NCBI GenBank assembly: GCA_039793425.1
Contig: JBAMLT010000192.1
Location: forward strand, 24,030 to 88,029
Reading direction: 5' to 3'
Length of the DNA stretch: 64,000 nt
DNA from: Caldisericota bacterium
Lineage (GTDB): Bacteria; Caldisericota; Caldisericia; B22-G15
Below, piece by piece: positions 8,843-18,921 of the stretch. The notes below the pieces were generated by a model. The model did not search any database. It was not told the origin of the DNA and saw only the letters and a program-made list of their open reading frames with translations. Each line of letters opens with the position of its first letter. Position 1 is the stretch's first letter. The position numbers were made by a program, and so were the translations under genes.

Positions 8843-10554
8843 CCTTCAAGGACCTCCACAGTAGAAATAACTCTTATTACTTCATCGATAGTTGTTATTC
8901 CCTTTTTTGCCTTATCAATTGCATCTTGAAGTAATGATATGTTTCCATTTTTAATTGCATAATCTTTAATATCTGTTGATGGGCTTCTATTTAAAATCAT
9001 CTCTCTTATTCTATCATCAATTTTCAAAACTTCTTGTACTGCAATTCTGCCTTTATATCCACTATTATTACAGGCTATACAACCTTTTCCTCTATAAAAA
9101 ACTCCATCGTAATTGTCAATACCAACCTGTTTTAATAAAAATTCGCTTGGTTTATATTCTTCCTTACAATCATTACAGATTTTTCTTACTAATCTTTGTG
9201 CTGTCACCCCTATAAGTGATGATGCTATTAGATATGGCTCGATACCCATATCGATTAATCTTGTTGGAGCGGAAAAAGAATCATTAGTATGGAGAGTAGA
9301 AAAAACAAGGTGACCTGTTAATGCTGCTTCCATTGCAATTTGTGCTGTTTCTTTATCTCTTATCTCTCCAACAAGAATAATATCAGGATCTTGCCTTAGA
9401 AATGACCTTAATGCATTTGCAAATGTTAAATTTATTTTTGGGTTCACCTGAACTTGTGTAATTCCATCAAGTTGATACTCAACAGGATCTTCAACAGTTA
9501 ATACATTAACTTCTGGTGAATTTAAAATTCTTAATATTGCATAAAGTGTTGTAGATTTTCCTGAACCCGTTGGACCTGTTATAAGTATCATACCATATGG
9601 TTGTTTTATCAAACCTCTAAATATTTCTAAACTTTCCTCTGAAAAACCAAGTTGTTCAAGTGGAATTAAAGATCTCTCCTTATCAAGAATTCTTAATACA
9701 ACCTTCTCTCCAAAAATTCCAGGTAAAACTGAAACTCTTAAATCAACTTCTCTTCCTCTAAACTTTAAGTTAATTCTTCCATCTTGCGGTCTTCTTCTTT
9801 CAGCGATATCAAGATTAGCCATTATTTTTGCTCTTGATATAATTCCTGGTTGAATATTTTTGGGAAGATTCATTGTATCTCTTAAAACTCCGTCAATTCT
9901 GTATCTGATTCTTAAATATCTTTTTTGTGGTTCCATATGAATATCTGAAGCATTTGATGTTATTGCTTCAGTAATAATTTGATTCATTAATCTTATAATT
10001 GGCGCGGCTTCAGCCAAACTTTTTGCTTCATCTATTGAAAGTTCAATTTCTTTTGTTTCTTCTCTTTCAACTTCTATAGATGTTCCACCTGTCATCTCTT
10101 TAACAGCCTCTTTTACAGTTGTCTCCATAGAATAATATTTTTCTATATTTCTAAAAATTGCTTCATAAGATGAGACATAAAGTTTAGAATTAGAAATTAA
10201 ATTTCTTAAATAATCTATTGCAACTATATCAGTTGGGTCAGCAATAGCAACCATAATCTTATCATCCCTTGTTCTTCCAAATGGTATTGCTTGATATCTT
10301 CTTGCTATTTCTTCAGAAATTATATGAACAATATCTTTATCTATTTCAACTGTTGATAAATCTATATAAGGAAAACCCCATTGCCTTGCAAGAAGATTTG
10401 CGAATGTTTCTTCGTTTATGAATTTCAATTTTTTTAATGTTTCAAGTAGTGTTGAACCACTCTTTTTTTGTTCTTCAAGAGCAATCTTTAGTTGTTCTTC
10501 AGTTATTATTCCATCAGTTATTAAAGTATTACCGAGTTGTTTATATTTATCCAT
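8839..10554 (-). CDS. pilB: Type IV pilus assembly ATPase PilB (GspE family)
   Basis: N-terminal GSPII_E_N domain, Walker A GPTGSGKSTT and a tetracysteine motif (CNDCK..C..C). Confidence 0.9.
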   Translation of the reverse strand: MDKYKQLGNTLITDGIITEEQLKIALEEQKKSGSTLLETLKKLKFINEETFANLLARQWGFPYIDLSTVEIDKDIVHIISEEIARRYQAIPFGRTRDDKIMVAIADPTDIVAIDYLRNLISNSKLYVSSYEAIFRNIEKYYSMETTVKEAVKEMTGGTSIEVEREETKEIELSIDEAKSLAEAAPIIRLMNQIITEAITSNASDIHMEPQKRYLRIRYRIDGVLRDTMNLPKNIQPGIISRAKIMANLDIAERRRPQDGRINLKFRGREVDLRVSVLPGIFGEKVVLRILDKERSLIPLEQLGFSEESLEIFRGLIKQPYGMILITGPTGSGKSTTLYAILRILNSPEVNVLTVEDPVEYQLDGITQVQVNPKINLTFANALRSFLRQDPDIILVGEIRDKETAQIAMEAALTGHLVFSTLHTNDSFSAPTRLIDMGIEPYLIASSLIGVTAQRLVRKICNDCKEEYKPSEFLLKQVGIDNYDGVFYRGKGCIACNNSGYKGRIAVQEVLKIDDRIREMILNRSPSTDIKDYAIKNGNISLLQDAIDKAKKGITTIDEVIRVISTVEVLEG

Positions 10555-10561
10555 AGGTTAA

Positions 10562-11071
10562 TTATAGCATAATTAAGTTCTTGATTCTTTTTAAAAAAAA
10601 TGATTCAAAAAATCTCTGAATCTTAGTCAAAATAAAATCTTTACTTCTATCTCTTGGTTCAACAAGAATTGTATATAAATTTAAGATATTACCACCTAAA
10701 ATATCAGTAAATATTTGATCTCCAATAAGAATAACTTCATCCTTTTTAACATTTAAAATTTTCATCATTTTTTTAAAAGAATGTGGAAAAGGTTTTAAAG
10801 CATTTTCAATAACTGGAATTTTGTAGTTATTTTCAATAAAATTTAATTTATTTTTTTTATTGTTACTTATAACACCAATTTTAAAATTCTTATATGCTTC
10901 TTTTAACCAATCAGAAACACTTTTTTCTAAAATCTTTTCTCCTCTTTTAATAAGAGTATTATCATGATCAATTATTAATGCTTTGAATTTATTTCTATAT
11001 TTATTTAAATCAATATCTTCAATTTTTTCATAATATTCATCTGGATAAAAAATTTTCTTATGCATTTCCAA
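10562..11071 (-). CDS. yqeG: YqeG-family HAD-IIIA phosphatase
   Basis: DHDNTL aspartate motif and a C-terminal GDQIFTDILGGN motif; about 170 aa. Confidence 0.7.
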   Translation of the reverse strand: MEMHKKIFYPDEYYEKIEDIDLNKYRNKFKALIIDHDNTLIKRGEKILEKSVSDWLKEAYKNFKIGVISNNKKNKLNFIENNYKIPVIENALKPFPHSFKKMMKILNVKKDEVILIGDQIFTDILGGNILNLYTILVEPRDRSKDFILTKIQRFFESFFLKRIKNLIML

Positions 11072-11294
11072 AATTCACTGGTTCATAAATTAACGGAAAA
11101 TATTCAGAAACTTCTTTTAAAAATTTATTAATATCTTTTGAAAATTTATTATCAAAAGAAAGATCCATAATACCAACATTTTCTTCAACAAATGTATAAA
11201 GAATCATTGCTTTCCCTTCAAGGGCTTCTATTAGAGTTTGTAAAAAAACAATCTCTTCTTTTGGAAAATATATCCTCAATACAGATTCACTCAT
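11058..11294 (-). CDS. Small hypothetical protein (78 aa)
   Basis: ORF only, tightly packed between udk and yqeG; no recognisable motif. Confidence 0.3.
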   Translation of the reverse strand: MSESVLRIYFPKEEIVFLQTLIEALEGKAMILYTFVEENVGIMDLSFDNKFSKDINKFLKEVSEYFPLIYEPVNFGNA

Positions 11295-11297
11295 AAA

Positions 11298-11912
11298 TCA
11301 CTCCTTAAATAACTCTCTAACTTTACTAACAACAATATCAACTGCAACAATATTGAATCCTCCTTCAGGAATAATTATATCAGCAAATCTCTTTGTTGGT
11401 TCCACAAATTGAATATGCATTGGTCTTACTACTTCTGTATATTGCTTAATAACAGAATCAAGGGTTCTACCTCTTTCTTTTGTATCTCTTAATATTCTTC
11501 TTATAAGTCTTATATCAGGATCTGTATCAACATAAATCTTTATATCCATTAGATTTCTCAATTCTTCATAAAAAAGAGCAAAAATTCCTTCCAATATTAT
11601 GATTCTTTGAGGTTTAATAATCTCATATTCTTTTAATCTAACATATTCAACAAAAGAATAAATCGGCTTTTTAATTTCCTTTCCATCAATCAAATTTTGG
11701 ATATGTTCTTTTAGTAAAGGTATATCAAAAGCATCTGGATGATCATAGTTTATTTTTAATCTTTCATCAAAAGTTATATTTGAATGATCTTTATAATATG
11801 AATCCATATCAAGAATAAGAATTTCTTCGCCAATTTTTTCTTTTATATTAAGTGCAACTGTTGTCTTTCCAGAACCTGTTCCTCCTGAAATTCCAATTAA
11901 AAATCTTTTCAT
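11298..11912 (-). CDS. udk: Uridine kinase
   Basis: P-loop [12 protein letters not shown], about 204 aa, and the uridine/cytidine kinase family pattern. Confidence 0.85.
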   Translation of the reverse strand: MKRFLIGISGGTGSGKTTVALNIKEKIGEEILILDMDSYYKDHSNITFDERLKINYDHPDAFDIPLLKEHIQNLIDGKEIKKPIYSFVEYVRLKEYEIIKPQRIIILEGIFALFYEELRNLMDIKIYVDTDPDIRLIRRILRDTKERGRTLDSVIKQYTEVVRPMHIQFVEPTKRFADIIIPEGGFNIVAVDIVVSKVRELFKE

Positions 11913-12895
11913 GGCATCACCTTTGAAATGTTTCTTAAATGTTCTTCAAATGTTTTTGCAAAAAGATGAGTGCCATCACCTTTTGCAACAAAATATAAAT
12001 ATTCTGTTTTTTCAGGATTAATTGTTGCTTTAATTGATTCTATCCCTGGATTACATATTGGTGTTGGTGGAAGTCCTGGATATTTATAACTATTATAAGG
12101 AGAATCTATTTCAAGTTCTTTAGATGTTAATGTATATCCAGCATCAGGTAATATATATTTTAATGTAGGATCAGCTTGAAGTAACATATTAAGATTTAAT
12201 CTATTTATAAAAACTCCAGCAATTATAGGTCTTTCATTTTTATCTTGTGCTTCTTTTTCAACAATTGAAGCAAGTTTTAGAATATCATATTTATTAAGAT
12301 CTCCACTATAACATTTATATACTTCATTAAATTTTTGAATGAAATTATTTAACATCATTTCAATATTTTTTGTTAAATTTTCCTTTTCAAAAAAATAAGT
12401 GTCGGGATATAAAAATCCCTCAAGAGTATTTGCATCTTCAAAAATATATTTTTTGTATTTATCTATATCTTTAACTTCATCTAAAAATTCCTCTTTTGTA
12501 CATAAATTATTTTTTTCAAAAATTTCAGCAATTTCAGTAAGTTTGAGACCTTCTGGAATTGTAACTTTTATATATGGTGATAAACCTCCTTCAGTAAGTT
12601 TTATAAGAACATCTCTTACATTCATTTTTTCCTCAAATTCATATATTCCAGATTTTAATTTATCTTCAATATCTAAATATTTAGCAAGTAATGAAAAAAT
12701 AATTTTATTTTTTATAATATTTTCATTTTTTAATTTTTCTGCTATCTCTTCTGTTGTCAAATTATCTTTTATATAAACTTCTTTACTTACAAAATCTGAA
12801 GGTGGCTGTGACTCATAGTAAGCATAAAATCCAATTGAAAGAAATAATATAATTAAAATTACAAAAAAAATTAAAAAGATTTTTAAATATTTCAT
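11909..12895 (-). CDS. mltG: Endolytic murein transglycosylase MltG (YceG family)
   Basis: N-terminal TM helix, the conserved ASIVEKEA motif, and the conserved alaS-ruvX-mltG gene order. Confidence 0.85.
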   Translation of the reverse strand: MKYLKIFLIFFVILIILFLSIGFYAYYESQPPSDFVSKEVYIKDNLTTEEIAEKLKNENIIKNKIIFSLLAKYLDIEDKLKSGIYEFEEKMNVRDVLIKLTEGGLSPYIKVTIPEGLKLTEIAEIFEKNNLCTKEEFLDEVKDIDKYKKYIFEDANTLEGFLYPDTYFFEKENLTKNIEMMLNNFIQKFNEVYKCYSGDLNKYDILKLASIVEKEAQDKNERPIIAGVFINRLNLNMLLQADPTLKYILPDAGYTLTSKELEIDSPYNSYKYPGLPPTPICNPGIESIKATINPEKTEYLYFVAKGDGTHLFAKTFEEHLRNISKVMP

Positions 12896-13311
12896 TTTGA
12901 CCTCGAAAGATATGAATTTAGTATCAAAATTGCACTTGAAAGATCGTCTTCGACTCTTTTTTCTTTAATTTTTAACCTCTTTTTCTTCTCGTAAGAAAAA
13001 ATATTTTTTGAAATTTTTGATGTAAATCTCTCATCAATTAGTTCAATTTTTATTTTAAATCTATCTTCCATTTCTTTTTTTATTTCAATGATTTTTTTTC
13101 CTTGATTTTCAACTTCCCCTGATAATGAAATTGGAAAACCAAGAATAACTTCATCTACATCATATTTCTTTATCAATTCTTCAATTTTACTGAATTTTTC
13201 TTCCTTATCTCCATAAAAAACTCCAACACCTGATGCTGTAATATGTAGTAAATCAGAAACACTTACTCCCATTTTTTTATCTCCCCAATCAATTCCAAGA
13301 ACTCTTTTCAT
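12892..13311 (-). CDS. ruvX: Holliday-junction resolvase-like RuvX/YqgF
   Basis: Begins with the family pattern (LGIDWGDKKMGVSVSD); 139 aa; lies directly downstream of alaS. Confidence 0.85.
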   Translation of the reverse strand: MKRVLGIDWGDKKMGVSVSDLLHITASGVGVFYGDKEEKFSKIEELIKKYDVDEVILGFPISLSGEVENQGKKIIEIKKEMEDRFKIKIELIDERFTSKISKNIFSYEKKKRLKIKEKRVEDDLSSAILILNSYLSRSK

Positions 13312-15875
13312 TTTGATTTTCCTTTTTTAATTATATCAATAACAATTTCTTCCAAACCCTCGATTTTTTCTACTCTCCCAGAGGATAAAGTTTCTTTACC
13401 TCCTCCTTTTCCATAATTTCTTTTATTTAATTCTTTATAAATATCATTAGCAGAAATTTTATTAGTAAGATCTTGTGAAACAAAAATGGTTAAATTTTTT
13501 AAATCCTTATTAAAGAAAAATAAAAATATAAAAGAATTTTCCTTTTCTTTAATTCTATCAAATAAGTAATACCCATCTTGAGAGTTTAAGTTTCTTTCTT
13601 TTAGAATGATCAATTTTATATCATCGATTAATTTATAATTTTGAAGGCTTTTTTCTATAAGAGTGTCAAAATATTTTCTTTTTAAAACATCGATTTCATC
13701 CTCTTTATCTTTTATCTCTTTTTTTAATTCCAAGATTCTATTTAATAAATTTTCGCCCTTGGATGAAAGTACAGATTCTAATTTATTGAAAATTTTCTCA
13801 TAATTTTTCAAATTTTCTATCACTTTTAAACCAGTAAATGCTTCAATTCTTCTTAAATTAGTACCTATTCCTTTTTCTGAAATTATTTTAAAACAGCCAA
13901 TCTCTATAGAGTTAGAAACATGTGTTCCACCACATAACTCTTTCGTTAATTCATCTACTTTTACTATTCTTACAATATTTCCGTATTTTTCACCAAAAAG
14001 GGCTATAGCACCCTCTTTTTTAGCATCCTCAATATTTTTATAAGAAGTTGTTACATCGAATGCCTTATATATCCAGAGATTTACCATTTTTTCAATTTTA
14101 TCTATCTCTTCTTCTGTTAGAGGTGAGAAATGAGAAAAATCAAATCTTAAGAAATCTTCTGAAACATAAGAACCTTTCTGTGTTGAGTGTTCACCAAGAA
14201 CAGTAAGAAGAGCTTTGTGCAGTAAATGTGTAGCAGTATGAGCTCTTTTTATACTTTCTCTTCTTTCTTTATCAACAATTGCAATAATTTCAGTATTTAA
14301 ATTTACCTCACCTTTAATTACTTTCCCTAAATGTATAATCAAATTTTCAACAGGCGATTTTGTATCATAAATCTCAATTTCAAAATTACCACCTTTTATT
14401 ATACCTTTATCCCCAACCTGACCACCCTTTTCACCATAAAATGGTGTTTTATCAAGAATTATTATCCCTTCTTCCTTTTCTTTTAAACTATCTACTTTTT
14501 CTCCATTTTTTAAAATCATTAATATTTTAGATTCTGACATTAGGCTATCATATCCTACAAACTCAGTTTCTTTTATCTCTTCTTTTATTTTTATATAATC
14601 AAGACTTTCTTCATATAATTTTGATTCTTTTGTAACAACTCTACTTTTTTTTCTTGATTCCTCGAGTATTGTTTTGAATTCATCTTTATTATAATTTAAA
14701 CCTTTTGTCAATAATATATCTTCAGAAAGTTCAACGGGAAAACCATAAGTATCATAAAGGAAAAAAATATCTTTGCCAGAAATTTCATTTAAATTAGATT
14801 TTTTTGTGTTTTCTATTAAATTATAAAGGAAATCAAGTCCTCGACTTAAAGTTTCCATAAAATTTTTTTCTTCGCTAAGCAATATTTTTTCAATTTTTTC
14901 ATTTTGTCTTAAATCATATACTCCTTTAAAGGTTTCTATAACAGATGGATATAATTTATATAAAAATGGACCTCTTGCACCTAGAGACCAACCAGAAGAA
15001 AAACTTCTTCTTATTAATCTTCTTAAAACATAACCTCTTCCTTCGTTTGAAGGAAAAAGATTCTCATTTATCAAAAAAGTAATTGCTCTTAGATGGTCTG
15101 CAATAATCCTAATATTGATTTTAGTTTCATCATAATAATCAACATTCAAATGATTCTTTATTGATTCAATTATTTTAGAAAAAAGATCAGTTTCAAAATT
15201 ACTTTTTTTATTTTGAAGTATCATTGTAATTCTTTCTAAACCCATTCCAGTATCAATGTTTTTTCTTGGTAGAGGTTCAAGAGTTCCATCCTTTTTTCTA
15301 TCAAATTGAGTAAAAACAAGATTCCAAACTTCTATAAATCTATCTCCTTCATTTAAAGGACCAAGTGATGGTTCTTTACATGGAAAATCTTCGCCTAAAT
15401 CGTAGTATAATTCAGAATCTGGACCACAGGGACCTTCCTCCCCCATTTTCCAGAAATTATCTTCCAGTTTAACTATTTTTTGTTCTGGAATTCCAATCTT
15501 TTTCCAGATTTCTAATGCTTCATCATCATCAGGATATATCGAAACCCATATTTTTTCTTTTTCTAATCCAAAATTTTTTGTTAAAAGTTCATATGCCCAA
15601 CTAATTGCTTCATCTTTAAAATAATCTCCAATTGAAAAATTTCCAAGCATTTCAAAAAAAGTATGATGTCTTATTGTCTTACCCACCTGTTCAATATCAT
15701 TTGTTCTTAAACATTTTTGACAGGTTGTAATTCTTTTTTTTGGTGGTTCTTCCTCTCCTAAAAAATATGATTTAAGAGGCACCATTCCTGCTGCTGTAAA
15801 AAGAAGAGTAGGGTCTTTTGGTATTAAAGAGAATGAAGGAAGAACTAAATGTTCTTTTGATTCAAAAAATTTCAA
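13308..15875 (-). CDS. alaS: Alanine--tRNA ligase. The true N-terminus probably extends about 11 codons upstream of the annotated TTG, to a non-canonical ATT start (see findings)
   Basis: 855 aa. Class II aaRS motifs, the HSTQKG..H..H editing domain and a C-terminal DHHA1-type domain. The conserved N-terminal SSKEIRKEFLKFFESKEH continues in frame upstream of 15875. Confidence 0.95.
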   Translation of the reverse strand: MKFFESKEHLVLPSFSLIPKDPTLLFTAAGMVPLKSYFLGEEEPPKKRITTCQKCLRTNDIEQVGKTIRHHTFFEMLGNFSIGDYFKDEAISWAYELLTKNFGLEKEKIWVSIYPDDDEALEIWKKIGIPEQKIVKLEDNFWKMGEEGPCGPDSELYYDLGEDFPCKEPSLGPLNEGDRFIEVWNLVFTQFDRKKDGTLEPLPRKNIDTGMGLERITMILQNKKSNFETDLFSKIIESIKNHLNVDYYDETKINIRIIADHLRAITFLINENLFPSNEGRGYVLRRLIRRSFSSGWSLGARGPFLYKLYPSVIETFKGVYDLRQNEKIEKILLSEEKNFMETLSRGLDFLYNLIENTKKSNLNEISGKDIFFLYDTYGFPVELSEDILLTKGLNYNKDEFKTILEESRKKSRVVTKESKLYEESLDYIKIKEEIKETEFVGYDSLMSESKILMILKNGEKVDSLKEKEEGIIILDKTPFYGEKGGQVGDKGIIKGGNFEIEIYDTKSPVENLIIHLGKVIKGEVNLNTEIIAIVDKERRESIKRAHTATHLLHKALLTVLGEHSTQKGSYVSEDFLRFDFSHFSPLTEEEIDKIEKMVNLWIYKAFDVTTSYKNIEDAKKEGAIALFGEKYGNIVRIVKVDELTKELCGGTHVSNSIEIGCFKIISEKGIGTNLRRIEAFTGLKVIENLKNYEKIFNKLESVLSSKGENLLNRILELKKEIKDKEDEIDVLKRKYFDTLIEKSLQNYKLIDDIKLIILKERNLNSQDGYYLFDRIKEKENSFIFLFFFNKDLKNLTIFVSQDLTNKISANDIYKELNKRNYGKGGGKETLSSGRVEKIEGLEEIVIDIIKKGKSK

Positions 15876-15995
15876 AAACTCTTTTCTTATTTCTTTTGAA
15901 CTGAAAATAATAAACCTCCTATCATAAATTAAAACTTTCTAATTATTATAACATTTTTTATTTTATATTATAATTGTAATTTAGGGAGGTGTAGA

Positions 15996-16658
15996 GTGCT
16001 TGAAAAAATTAAAAATCCCTTAGAAGCATTAAAACTATCTTATTTAAAAGATGGTTCATCATTATTAATTGCTGGATTCCTTGCAAATGGAACAAGTGAG
16101 ATATTGATTGATGCAATTCTTGAATCAGGTGCTAAAAATTTAATGGTGATATGTAACGATACATCCTTTCCAGATAAAGGAATAGGCAAACTAATTAAAA
16201 ATAGGAGAGTTAATAGGATAATAACAACACATATCGGTACCAATATAGAAACTCAAAAACAATATTTGAATAAAGAAATTGAAGTAGAATTTGTACCTCA
16301 GGGAACTTTAATTGAGAGATTGAGGGCTTATGGTGCTGGTCTTGGAGGAATATTAACACCAGTTGGTATTGGTACAGTAGTCGAAGAAGGAAAACAAAAA
16401 ATGGTTATTGATGACAAAGAATATATTCTTGAAGAACCTCTTGGAGGAGATATATCTATAATTAAAGCAAAATGGGGGGATGAATTTGGTAATTTAAAAT
16501 ATTATGGAACTGCAAGAAATTTTAATCCAGTTATGGCTCTTGCAGGTAAAAAGGTTATTGCAGAGGTTGAAAATTTAATGAAAATTGGAGAAATGGATCC
16601 TAATGAGATAGAAACAGCCGGAATTTTTGTTGATTATATTGTCAAGGGAGGAAATTAA
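15996..16658 (+). CDS. atoD: 3-oxoacid/acetoacetate CoA-transferase subunit A
   Basis: AtoD/ScoA family pattern with a GTG start after an AGGGAGG RBS. It lies divergent from the kam operon. Confidence 0.85.
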   Translation: MLEKIKNPLEALKLSYLKDGSSLLIAGFLANGTSEILIDAILESGAKNLMVICNDTSFPDKGIGKLIKNRRVNRIITTHIGTNIETQKQYLNKEIEVEFVPQGTLIERLRAYGAGLGGILTPVGIGTVVEEGKQKMVIDDKEYILEEPLGGDISIIKAKWGDEFGNLKYYGTARNFNPVMALAGKKVIAEVENLMKIGEMDPNEIETAGIFVDYIVKGGN

Positions 16659-16661
16659 AAA

Positions 16662-17309
16662 ATGGAACCAAAAGAAATAATTGCAAAAAGAGTAGCACAA
16701 GAACTTAAAGATGGTGATATCGTAAATCTTGGTTTTGGAATCCCAACTCTTGTTTCAAATTATATTCCTCCAAATATAAATGTCATTTTTCAAGGCGAAA
16801 ATGGAATTTTAGGAATTGGAGAAGTTAATAAAGAAAAGCCAGACTATGAAATAACTAACGCAGGAAATACACCAGTTAAAACTCTTCCTTACTCTTCATT
16901 TTTTGATACATTTTTATCTTTTACAATGATAAGAGGAGGACATTTAGATGTTACTGTTCTTGGTGGAATTCAGGTTGATGAGGAAGGAAATTTGGCTAAT
17001 TGGATTATTCCCGGAAAAATGATAGCAGGAATAGGTGGTGCAATGGATTTAGCAACTGGCTCAAAAAAACTTATTGTTGCAATGGAGCATACTGCAAAAG
17101 GAGAACCTAAAATTGTAAAAAAATGTAGATATCCATTAACTGCGAAAAGAAAAGTAAATTTAATAGTAACTGAACTTGCAGTAATTGAGGTAAATAGTGA
17201 TGGTTTAATGCTAAAAGAAATTAATCCTCAAACTTCTATTGATGAAGTTATTAAAAATACAGAAGCAAAATTAATTATATCTAAAGATTTAAAACTGATG
17301 AATTTATAG
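16662..17309 (+). CDS. atoA: 3-oxoacid/acetoacetate CoA-transferase subunit B
   Basis: AtoA/ScoB family pattern (the catalytic Glu region [12 protein letters not shown]) and pairing with subunit A. Confidence 0.85.
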   Translation: MEPKEIIAKRVAQELKDGDIVNLGFGIPTLVSNYIPPNINVIFQGENGILGIGEVNKEKPDYEITNAGNTPVKTLPYSSFFDTFLSFTMIRGGHLDVTVLGGIQVDEEGNLANWIIPGKMIAGIGGAMDLATGSKKLIVAMEHTAKGEPKIVKKCRYPLTAKRKVNLIVTELAVIEVNSDGLMLKEINPQTSIDEVIKNTEAKLIISKDLKLMNL

Positions 17310-17331
17310 TTATAAAAAAATTTTTATTTTT

Positions 17332-18150
17332 TTATTTAGTAATATTTAAAATTTTTCTTACCTCATTTGGTTTTGCTATCTCTCTTCCAAATTCTAAACT
17401 AAATTTCACAATTCTTTCAACAAATTCAGCATTTGATTTTGCGAGAACTCCTTTTTTAATATATATATTATCTTCAAAACCAACCCTTACATTTCCACCT
17501 AATGTAATTGCAATTATACTTAAAGGATATTCATATTTTCCAATTCCAGCAACCATCCATGTTGAATTTGGAGGAATCGAATCAATAAGAAAAATTAAAT
17601 TTTTTGGATCTCCACTCATACCACCTGGAACACCTAATACAAAATCAAAATGAAGTGGCTCTTCTAAAAGACCCTCTTTTAAGAGTTTAAGTGCATTTTC
17701 AATCATTCCTTTTTCAAAAATTTCAATTTCAGGTTTTATTTTTCTTTCTTTCATAATCAATGCGAATTTTTTAATCCAATCAGGAGGATTATAAAAAACT
17801 CCCTCTCCAAAATTTACTGTTCCGAGTGTTAAGGACGCAAACTCTGGATTAAGTTCAAGTGGTTCAGCCCTTTCTTCAAAACTCATTCCAATTGCACCCC
17901 CTGTTGAAATCTGTAATATAATATCTGGAACTTTTTCTCTTATTTTTTCAATAATTTCTTTATATCTTTCCTTTTTTTGAGTTGGATTACCCGCTTCATC
18001 TCTTGCATGAAGATGTATAACTGATGCACCAGAATTGTAACATCTTAAAACTTCTTCAGCAATTTCATTAGGTGTAATTGGAAGATAGGGATTTTCTTTT
18101 TTCGTTACTTCTGCTCCAACTGGAGCAACTGTAATGATTAATTTTTCCAT
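17332..18150 (-). CDS. kce: 3-keto-5-aminohexanoate cleavage enzyme (Kce, BKACE/DUF849 family)
   Basis: BKACE N-terminus (MEKLIITVAPVGAEV..ITP.EIA), about 272 aa, last gene of the kam operon. Confidence 0.85.
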   Translation of the reverse strand: MEKLIITVAPVGAEVTKKENPYLPITPNEIAEEVLRCYNSGASVIHLHARDEAGNPTQKKERYKEIIEKIREKVPDIILQISTGGAIGMSFEERAEPLELNPEFASLTLGTVNFGEGVFYNPPDWIKKFALIMKERKIKPEIEIFEKGMIENALKLLKEGLLEEPLHFDFVLGVPGGMSGDPKNLIFLIDSIPPNSTWMVAGIGKYEYPLSIIAITLGGNVRVGFEDNIYIKKGVLAKSNAEFVERIVKFSLEFGREIAKPNEVRKILNITK

Positions 18151-18153
18151 AAC

Positions 18154-18909
18154 TTAACTCCATTTATCTAATAAATTTCTTTTTATTAATTCATTTACTA
18201 TATAATATGCAACCTGAGATGGATAAGTGTTTGCTCCAAAACCCATATCATATCCAAGTTCATGGGCAAGTTCAGGAGTTATCTTATAACCACCACAAAT
18301 TAAAAGTATCTTGTCTCTTAAATTTTCTGCTTCAAGAAGTTCTGAAAGTAAAGTTAAATTTTTAAGATGAATATTTTTCTGTGTCACTGTTTGTGATATT
18401 AAAACTACATTTGGTTTGTACTCTTGTATCTTTTTTATAAGCAGTTCATGTTGAATTTGTGAGCCTAAATTTAAGATTTCAAAACCCTTATATCTTTCAA
18501 GACCATTATCTCCATTATATCCCTTAGCATTTATAATTGCATCGAGCCCAACAGTATGAGCATCTGATCCTAAAGTGCAAGCAATAATTTTTATTTTTTT
18601 GCCAATTTTCTCTTCCATAATTTTTTCTATTTCAAAAAAATCTGGAATAGTTAATTCATTATTTTTAACTTTTATTTTTGAAATATCAATGTATTTATTA
18701 AATTTTCCATAAATTATGAAAAAAGAAAATCCAGAATAGATATCTTTTTCAAAGACAATATTTTCATCAGAAAGACCCATTTCTTTTACAATTCTTTTGG
18801 CAACCTCTCTTGAAAAAGGTAAAGGAAGTGGAATTGTAAAACTTATTTGTATTATTCCATCATCTGGTGTATCACCATAAGGTCTTATAAATTTTTCTTT
18901 ATCTTTCAT
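18154..18909 (-). CDS. kamE: Lysine 5,6-aminomutase beta subunit (B12-binding)
   Basis: B12-binding DxHxxG motif (GSDAHTVGLDAI); about 250 aa; directly downstream of kamD. Confidence 0.85.
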   Translation of the reverse strand: MKDKEKFIRPYGDTPDDGIIQISFTIPLPLPFSREVAKRIVKEMGLSDENIVFEKDIYSGFSFFIIYGKFNKYIDISKIKVKNNELTIPDFFEIEKIMEEKIGKKIKIIACTLGSDAHTVGLDAIINAKGYNGDNGLERYKGFEILNLGSQIQHELLIKKIQEYKPNVVLISQTVTQKNIHLKNLTLLSELLEAENLRDKILLICGGYKITPELAHELGYDMGFGANTYPSQVAYYIVNELIKRNLLDKWS

Positions 18910-18921
18910 AATGACTCCTTT

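Noticed and set aside
8513-9313. ORFs on the opposite strand inside pilT/pilB (8513..8713, 8976..9215, 9113..9313), and similar antisense ORFs elsewhere (12399..12776, 16040..16243, 22150..22332, 22824..23042, 23380..23595, 29278..29574, 33353..33547, 33942..34130, 35108..35413, 36759..37142, 37990..38238, 41534..41761, 44587..44805, 46236..46556, 47662..47844, 50507..50773, 51235..51417, 52687..52890, 53742..54059, 54929..55309, 55705..55890, 56378..56705, 59398..59721, 60245..60744, 61216..61524, 62886..63149, 63234..63458)
   Set aside because: Each lies entirely within a well-supported gene on the other strand. They have low-complexity or hydrophobic composition typical of antisense frames in AT-rich DNA, with no RBS and no motifs.
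15876-15995. A T-box riboswitch leader upstream of alaS, as in many low-GC Gram-positives
   Set aside because: The entire intergenic region is 120 nt and mostly A/T. That is too short for a specifier-loop/antiterminator T-box, and no T-box consensus (AATTAGGGTGGNACCGCG-like) is present.
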